Assembly: GCA_003552985.1 (NCBI GenBank)
Contig: PUPD01000252.1
Location: 6,350-70,349 of the forward strand
Direction of reading: 5' to 3'
Length of the DNA stretch: 64,000 nucleotides
Source of the DNA: Spirochaetaceae bacterium
Lineage (GTDB): Bacteria > Spirochaetota > Spirochaetia > DSM-27196 > SLAA01
Shown here: piece by piece, positions 53,452 through 64,000 of the stretch
How the letters are laid out: each line of letters begins with the position of its first letter
Numbering within the stretch: position 1 is the stretch's first letter
Position numbers and translations under genes: made by a program
The notes under the pieces: generated by a model
What the model was told of the DNA's origin: nothing
What the model saw: the letters and a program-made list of their open reading frames with translations, nothing else
Databases searched by the model: none

Positions 53452-55110
53452 TCAATGTCCGAGCTCATCAAGCGCAGCTTGGGCGCTGCGCTTGAGCGCC
53501 GGCCGTGCGTCATCCTTGGCGCGCTTCTCCAGTTCTTCTCGAAACCCGCTCATGCGATTACGACTGATCCCGCGCAGGGCGTATATCTGAATCACGAAGT
53601 TCGGGTGCTCGAGCATCCGTTCGTAGAAGCCCTTGACGGCATTGTCTTCGGTTTCCGAGAGCGTCCGTGCCAGGTGTTCGAGAATACGGGAGTCCCGGCG
53701 TGACCACTCCTCTTCCATCACCTCGGTTAGCGTCTCGGCGGACTGCACAAGGTGGTGCTCGATGAGCGAGGAAGCGATCTGGTTGCGTAACTGGATGGGA
53801 GTGCTGGAGCTTTGATACTGTTCATGCAGAAACGAGATTGCCTCACGGTTGCCGATCTGCGCCAGCGACTGCACCGCGGCAAGGCGCACCTGCATCTCGG
53901 GGTCACGCCGTACCTGGAAAATCAGCGCCGGCACCGCATCTTCAACCTTGTTGCGGCCCAGGCCCTCAATCGCGAAGCGGCGGACTAACGCGTTGGAATC
54001 TCGAATGGAACGTCGCAGCGTATCGATGCTCTCGGTATCCTCGAACCGCGCAAGGGCTCCTACCGCGTAAGCCTTCAGATTCGAGTCTTCACTCTCGGCC
54101 GCCTTGCGCAGGCCCGGCAGTGCCCGTTCATCACCGCTACGGCCGAGTCCGTCAGCGGCGTAGCGGCGCAGGAGGCTACCATAAACCGGATCTTCGAGAA
54201 TCTGAATCAGAAACGGGACGGCATCCTCGCTGCCGATGTCCCCCAGGGCAAGTAGTATTTCGCCCTGCAGCTGCTGTGAACCGGATGGCAGATTGTTGAA
54301 GAGCTCGGCGAGCTTGCGCGCTTCCTCCGTACCGCCGAAACTGCCGATTGCTCGAACTGCAACCTGCGCAGTTCGAAGTGACCGTTCGGTGATCATCGCG
54401 AAGATCAGCGGTGCACGCTGTTCGGCAAGCTCCGGGTTTTCCGGCGGTACATCGCGGAGATACCGAACGGCTTCGCGAGCCACCTCGCCGTCGAGCTCCT
54501 GTTGCAGCAGCGATAGCGCGCTCTCGGCGCCGCGTACATCCTCTATCGTGCGCAAGTACTCAAGCGCCTTGGAGCGCACTTCATCGTTGCGCGTTTCTGC
54601 GAGCAAATCAGCTGACTCGCGTCCCAAACCCGGCTGCGAAGCGGCGATCATGCCGGTCAGGGCTTCGATCACCAGCTCATCGATACCGTACAGCAGTGTC
54701 GCCCGCCAGTCCTCCACGCGCGGGTCCTTGTCCTCTTCTGCTTCCTCATCCGGATCATCTGGATCACCTGGATCGGCGACCGCGTCTTCGGTATCGCGGC
54801 CCTCAGCATCGTCGTCCCCATCGTCATCGTCGCGGTCGTCCCGGTCGGCAGCATCCTCGGCCGGGGAATCGCGCTCGGTTTCCGCTTCGGTTTCCGGTTT
54901 GGTTTCCGGTTTGGTTTCCGGTTTGGTTTCCGGTTTGGTTTCCGGTTCAGGCGGCGTGAGATCGCGATCGGGATCGGTCGCCGGTTGTCCTACATCCTCC
55001 CAGGCATCGTCACCCCATGGAATCTCAAAAACGTCTTCGGCTCGCAGATATTCGGCGGCGGTGGTGAGAGCCAACACCACAACGATCGCGATCACATGCT
55101 TCCTCATCAC
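53452..55110 (-). CDS. Secreted HEAT-repeat protein with an acidic, KPET-repeat N-region
   Basis: The signal peptide reads MMRKHVIAIVVVLALTTAAEYLRA. An acidic region with PETKPETKPETKPETKPETEAETE follows. After it come at least 8 HEAT/PBS-lyase-like repeats (e.g. VRRFAIEGLGRNKVEDAVPALI, VRLAAVQSLAQIGNREAISFL). Confidence 0.75.
   Translation of the reverse strand: MMRKHVIAIVVVLALTTAAEYLRAEDVFEIPWGDDAWEDVGQPATDPDRDLTPPEPETKPETKPETKPETKPETEAETERDSPAEDAADRDDRDDDDGDDDAEGRDTEDAVADPGDPDDPDEEAEEDKDPRVEDWRATLLYGIDELVIEALTGMIAASQPGLGRESADLLAETRNDEVRSKALEYLRTIEDVRGAESALSLLQQELDGEVAREAVRYLRDVPPENPELAEQRAPLIFAMITERSLRTAQVAVRAIGSFGGTEEARKLAELFNNLPSGSQQLQGEILLALGDIGSEDAVPFLIQILEDPVYGSLLRRYAADGLGRSGDERALPGLRKAAESEDSNLKAYAVGALARFEDTESIDTLRRSIRDSNALVRRFAIEGLGRNKVEDAVPALIFQVRRDPEMQVRLAAVQSLAQIGNREAISFLHEQYQSSSTPIQLRNQIASSLIEHHLVQSAETLTEVMEEEWSRRDSRILEHLARTLSETEDNAVKGFYERMLEHPNFVIQIYALRGISRNRMSGFREELEKRAKDDARPALKRSAQAALDELGH
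54877..54948 (-). repeat. 12-nt tandem repeat x6 (4 perfect) encoding (K/E)PET
   Basis: The plus-strand unit ggtttccggttt is perfect at 54889-54936, with degenerate flanking copies at 54877-54888 and 54937-54948. Confidence 0.9.
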
Positions 55111-55117
55111 CTTACCG

Positions 55118-57849
<2,732 letters not shown>

Positions 57850-57917
57850 TCACTTCCGGACTGCGAAATGGGTTCCGCCGTGCCTGCACGGCAGGGATGT
57901 CTTCGGTGATGGCAATC

Positions 57918-59015
57918 TCACGTGCGCGCGTGGCGGAACAGCAGAACACCGACGATAAGGAAGAACCCGACCGGCGCCCACGCGCCCCACAGCGGGTCAA
58001 CGCTACCGGAAACAGCAAGGAGATTCAAGACCATGCGTGATACGTAATACACCACCGCCAAGGAAATAGAGGTCAGCAGGCTGCCGAGCAGAACGTTCTT
58101 CTTCAGACGTGATCCCACCCCGGTTGCGAACAGCACCATGAGAAACGGCGTTGTTGCGAAAGCATAGCGCTCATACAGCTCGGTCAGTTGTTTGCGGTAC
58201 GGAAGCCCCGCCGCGCGCAACGATTCCACCCAGTCCCACGCCTGCTCGAGGCGCATCTCCTCAACCTTGCGCGTCAGACGTGCGAACACGTGCGGGCGGG
58301 TGTTGAAGCGCGGGTCGCTGTAGGTTTCGTGCGCGCTGCGTTCCAGTTCCTCGCTGTCCGATCGGCGGGTGAAGCGCTGGACGTTTTCGAACTCCCAGCG
58401 GTTGTCTCTCCAGTGTGCCGCCCGGGCATCGATGCGCTCCACCATCCGTCCTTCATCGTCTCTCACTACAACCAGCACGCGAGACAACCGTTGCCGGTCG
58501 GCATCGTAGAAGTCCGCGATATATACGACCCGGTTGCGGTCACCAAGCACCGCCACATCGGGATTGCTGAAATCGCGATGCGCCTGGAGTAGCTCGCGCT
58601 GCAGGGCGTTCTTCCGGCGGTAGGATTCGATCACGAGGGCCTCTTCGAACCAGAAGCCGACGGCGCTGATGAGCGCTCCGAACACCAGCACCGATGCTCC
58701 GAAACGCCGAAGCGACATACCGCCGGCGAACACCGAAATGAGCTCGTTGCGGCTGTACATCATGCCGAGCGTGTAGCTGACGGCAAACAAGACGCTGATC
58801 GGAACGGCTAGTAAAATCGACTTCGGCAGGTACAAAAGCTGTACTCTGAGCACCGCCGCGATCGGCACCTCCAGTCCCAGGTAGCGACCGATGTTAGCGA
58901 ATAACTCGATTACCTGCAGTAGCAATACGAAAAAGCAGAGGCTGACGCCGAGTGCTACGAGGAACTGCTTGAGGATAAAGCGGTCAAGCGTCACCACCAT
59001 CGTCCTACTCTTCAC
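57918..59015 (-). CDS. LptF/LptG (YjgP/YjgQ) family LPS export permease
   Basis: It has 6 predicted TM helices with a periplasmic domain between TM3 and TM4. The LDRFILKQFL start is typical of the family. It is second of a pair, so it is probably the lptG equivalent. Confidence 0.8.
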   Translation of the reverse strand: MKSRTMVVTLDRFILKQFLVALGVSLCFFVLLLQVIELFANIGRYLGLEVPIAAVLRVQLLYLPKSILLAVPISVLFAVSYTLGMMYSRNELISVFAGGMSLRRFGASVLVFGALISAVGFWFEEALVIESYRRKNALQRELLQAHRDFSNPDVAVLGDRNRVVYIADFYDADRQRLSRVLVVVRDDEGRMVERIDARAAHWRDNRWEFENVQRFTRRSDSEELERSAHETYSDPRFNTRPHVFARLTRKVEEMRLEQAWDWVESLRAAGLPYRKQLTELYERYAFATTPFLMVLFATGVGSRLKKNVLLGSLLTSISLAVVYYVSRMVLNLLAVSGSVDPLWGAWAPVGFFLIVGVLLFRHART

Positions 59016-59034
59016 TCCGGGTTGTGGTCCGCAG

Positions 59035-60336
59035 TCAACGGACAGCGGTGGCGAAAACCGCCAGTCCTACCCCGCCGATTAACAGGTTCGGAAACCACAT
59101 TGCCATAATCGGTGAGAAAAACGGAGGCTCTACGCCGAAGGTCTGCCCGCCGAGTATCAGCGCCCAGTACAGGACCGCCACGAACAGCCCGATGCCGAAC
59201 CCGATAGAGCGTCCGTGACGTCCGCCGAGGATCCCGACCGGAAACGCGAACACCACGAACACAAAGCACGCGAACGGAATGGCAAACTTCTTGTGAAACT
59301 CAATACGATACAGCTGAAGGCTACGGTCAAAGAACTCACGGTCACGGCCACGTTCGAGCTCGCGTTCGGTCCGTTCGAGCGCTTGTTGCAGCTCGGCGAT
59401 CTGCTCATCCTCTGCGTCGCGCTCACGTGCTGATTCGAGGTCCGCGCGCAGCCCTGCAGCACGCTCTTCCAGATCTGCGAGTCTGCGCCGGTGCTCGCGG
59501 CGCTCGTTCTCAAGACGGTTCTGTTTCTCGAAGATCTCCTGCGCGAGGTCGTACGAGCTCATCTCACGAGGCCCCGGCGAGCGCATCGCGAGCGTGATGT
59601 CGCCGAGGAGGATGTGATAGAGCATCCTGGCCGAACGCGTGTATTGGTAACGCCTTTCCTCGCCGCGTCGCGCTTCGTGCGTCGTCACCCCGTCAAGCTC
59701 AAGCGAAATTACACCCGCTCCGTGCGCCTCGGCTCTCAGGCGCGCGAGGCGCGACAGTATCACCCGGTCCCGGTCACCGTCGCGGTCGACGATTACGAGG
59801 TGGTTGATGCGATTGCCTTCAACCTCACCGGTGACAATGATGTTGTCCTGGTACTCGGTGACGCTGTTGGATTCGAGCTCGAGGTCCGGGTTGGAGTACA
59901 GCAACTCACGATACAGTCGCGCGAAATTAATCGTACCGACCGGCAAAAAATAATCGTTCATCACGAACGACACCGATGAGAACGCGAGCCCCAGCACCGC
60001 AAACGGAATGAACGCCCGCGCCAGCGAGACACCGGCGGCTCGCATTGCGAGAAACTCGTTGTCCTGCGACAGCCGGCCGACCGTCAACAGCGCACCGACG
60101 AGCGCGCCGAACGGAAAGGCCAGGGCGACGATCGAAGGTAACGAATACAGCACCAGTCGCGCCACATCGGCGAGCGGCACATTCTTGGTGAGGATATCCT
60201 CGGCGAGCAGCAACAGCTGATTGACAAAGAAGATAACGAAAAAGAAGAGAAACGCTACGGCAAACCCGAGCAGGAACTCTCGTGTAAGGTAGCGGTACAT
60301 CACGCCGTAGCCGCCGAGCGGCTTTATTGTCTTCAA
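59035..60336 (-). CDS. LptF/LptG (YjgP/YjgQ) family LPS export permease with a coiled-coil insertion
   Basis: The start reads YRYLTREFLLGFAVAFLFFFVIFFVNQLL and the topology fits the family. A ~70-aa charged helical insert (QNRLENERREHRRRLADLEERAAGLRADLESARERDAEDEQIAELQQALERTERELERGRD) precedes TM4. Confidence 0.78.
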   Translation of the reverse strand: MKTIKPLGGYGVMYRYLTREFLLGFAVAFLFFFVIFFVNQLLLLAEDILTKNVPLADVARLVLYSLPSIVALAFPFGALVGALLTVGRLSQDNEFLAMRAAGVSLARAFIPFAVLGLAFSSVSFVMNDYFLPVGTINFARLYRELLYSNPDLELESNSVTEYQDNIIVTGEVEGNRINHLVIVDRDGDRDRVILSRLARLRAEAHGAGVISLELDGVTTHEARRGEERRYQYTRSARMLYHILLGDITLAMRSPGPREMSSYDLAQEIFEKQNRLENERREHRRRLADLEERAAGLRADLESARERDAEDEQIAELQQALERTERELERGRDREFFDRSLQLYRIEFHKKFAIPFACFVFVVFAFPVGILGGRHGRSIGFGIGLFVAVLYWALILGGQTFGVEPPFFSPIMAMWFPNLLIGGVGLAVFATAVR

Positions 60337-60355
60337 TCTCAGCCTTCGCCTTCAA

Positions 60356-60790
60356 CTAGACGCCGGTTGACCCGAAGCCTCCCGTACCCCGCTTTGACTC
60401 CGGCAGATGCTCCCGCAGGGCGAAACGTGCGCGCGTCACAGGGGCCACGATCAACTGCGCGATGCGATCGCCGCGCGCGATCTCGAAGGCCTCAGTCCCG
60501 TGGTTAATCAGTATCACCCGCAGCTCACCCCGGTAATCGGCGTCTATTGTTCCGGGCGCGTTCAGCACGGTGACACCGTGCCTCCACGCTATACCGGAGC
60601 GCGGCCGAACCTGCGCCTCATAGCCGGGCGGTATACCAAGGTACAGCCCGGTAGTTATCATCACACGCTCACCCGGCTCGAGCCGGGCATCCTCAGCTGC
60701 CCTTATATCGGCGCCGGCCGCATCCGCTGTAGCATACTCCGGATGAAGGCCAGCTTCCGAGCGATACGGAATCTCAAGCGGCATCAGCAT
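60356..60790 (-). CDS. dut: dUTP diphosphatase
   Basis: Contains [33 protein letters not shown] and [10 protein letters not shown]. The start is MLMPLE at 60790. The 61009 start in the ORF track overlaps the pnp tail in another frame. Confidence 0.92.
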   Translation of the reverse strand: MLMPLEIPYRSEAGLHPEYATADAAGADIRAAEDARLEPGERVMITTGLYLGIPPGYEAQVRPRSGIAWRHGVTVLNAPGTIDADYRGELRVILINHGTEAFEIARGDRIAQLIVAPVTRARFALREHLPESKRGTGGFGSTGV

Positions 60791-60824
60791 GGCCGCCCGA
60801 GACGCTCCGCCACCGTCACGTTTC

Positions 60825-63074
<2,250 letters not shown>

Positions 63075-63109
63075 TATTTCCTAAACCTCTTCTCACCTGT
63101 CTCACGATG

Positions 63110-63379
63110 CTATTTGCGCAGGCCCAATTGCTTGATCAAGGTACGATAGCCTTCAAGATCGCGGCGTCGCAGGAACTTGAGCAGCCGGCGACGCTGGCCG
63201 ACGAGCTTCAACAGACCGCGCCGAGAGTGGTGATCTTTCTTGTGTTCTTTGAAATGCTCGGTGAGCTCTTCGATCCGGGCGGTAAGCAGCGCGATCTGAA
63301 CCTCGGTCCGACCGGTGTCCTTCTGCCCGTTTCCAAACTGTGTGATGATTTCCTCTTTCTTTTCCTTAGTGAGCGGCAT
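63110..63379 (-). CDS. rpsO: 30S ribosomal protein S15
   Basis: Contains [16 protein letters not shown]...[48 protein letters not shown]. Confidence 0.95.
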   Translation of the reverse strand: MPLTKEKKEEIITQFGNGQKDTGRTEVQIALLTARIEELTEHFKEHKKDHHSRRGLLKLVGQRRRLLKFLRRRDLEGYRTLIKQLGLRK

Positions 63380-63415
63380 CTATTCTCTCTCCTTCACGCA
63401 TTGCTGACGCTATTC

Positions 63416-64000
63416 TTATGATCTAAGTTGGCGCACAAAACGAACTCGATTTGTTGTCTTGCAGTTTTGGGTCCACCGAATGTAGCTTTCCGTTGCGGTT
63501 AGACAGTCACGAGTCGAGATCCCGTTAGACTGCAACTCAACTTCGAATATTCCGCTTCGCGGCAGTACCTGGGAGCAGTCGCGCTTGTGCAACCTGCAAT
63601 CGATGTTGTTTTGCTCTAGCGGTGCATCGGCCACGTCCACTTCGAAATCACTTCCCAACAGGTGACGAACGCGTTCTAACTCGCCACCGAGCACCGCCCG
63701 CCGGATGACGGTGCTACTCACGGGTATTTTGCGCTCATTATCGACGACCGGAGTAGCGATGTCAACCCTGACGCCGAGCGGCTCGAGGTAGCGCCGAACA
63801 TCACGGGCGGTCATCTGCATCTCTCGGCCGCAGCGAAAATTGCGTCCAATCGCCAGGTAGCGCAGATCGACCGCGCCCCGCAGGCGATCGAGGAACTCCT
63901 CAGCGCGCATACGCCGAAAGCGTTCATCGAACTCCACCAGGATCACCGAACCCACGCCGAGCGACTGGAGCTTCGCAAGCCGCTGGGGAAGCGTCTGCAG
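63416..64000 (-). CDS. ribF: Bifunctional riboflavin kinase / FAD synthetase, C-terminal part (gene runs off the right window edge)
   Basis: The frame is open to position 64000 (...LQTLPQRLAKLQSLGVGSVILVEFDERF...). FLEPLGVRVDIATPV, VSSTVIRRAVLGGELERVRHLLG and a downstream kinase-like domain are present. The ribF-rpsO-pnp order is classic. Confidence 0.8.
   Translation of the reverse strand: MQTLPQRLAKLQSLGVGSVILVEFDERFRRMRAEEFLDRLRGAVDLRYLAIGRNFRCGREMQMTARDVRRYLEPLGVRVDIATPVVDNERKIPVSSTVIRRAVLGGELERVRHLLGSDFEVDVADAPLEQNNIDCRLHKRDCSQVLPRSGIFEVELQSNGISTRDCLTATESYIRWTQNCKTTNRVRFVRQLRS

Overview
GC-rich (roughly 55-60% by eye), very tightly packed chromosomal core region with about 60 protein genes, 2 tRNAs and the RNase P RNA. 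It looks spirochaetal: a FlaB-type flagellin (MIINHN...), a coaD-rpmF-acpP-rnc block, a ~900-aa long-form GreA, and many TPR, HEAT and coiled-coil envelope proteins. Genes sit in long co-directional arrays with 1-20 nt overlaps. The arrays are HAD-SPFH-HIT; ykgJ-MBL-OmpA giant-mltG-dnaG-rpoD-Zn ribbon-rnpB-TPR-mreBCD-mrdA; recA-folK-scpAB-rluB-cmk-rpsA-sigma54 EBP-TPR-lipoprotein-mazG; and ribF-rpsO-pnp-dut-lptFG-tgt-murJ-HEAT. I found no CRISPR array, IS or transposase, integrase, phage genes, toxin-antitoxin pair or recognisable defence system, so I cannot honestly nominate a clear new system. The best candidates for a second look are: (1) a 1344-aa predicted OM-barrel + 8 Ig-like repeats + OmpA-C tether; (2) a ~4-kb Rrf2-YjbQ-CotH(lipoprotein) cluster bracketed by tRNA-Thr and tRNA-Tyr, with a 17-nt tandem duplication of the tRNA-Thr 3' end; (3) a translationally coupled three-gene TPR/coiled-coil envelope module of unknown function (45485-48764); (4) long GreA carrying a CarD/TRCF-like Tudor segment; (5) a flaB leader with a sigma-28 promoter and a CsrA-type GGA hairpin; (6) several housekeeping proteins with long low-complexity tails (PNPase RGG tail, RecA A/G/P/S tail, Zn-ribbon acidic tail, HEAT KPET repeat); (7) three apparently leaderless genes (coaD, rpe, prs); (8) an unassigned structured 308-nt intergenic region. 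All functional calls come from motif reading by eye. No database search was run.
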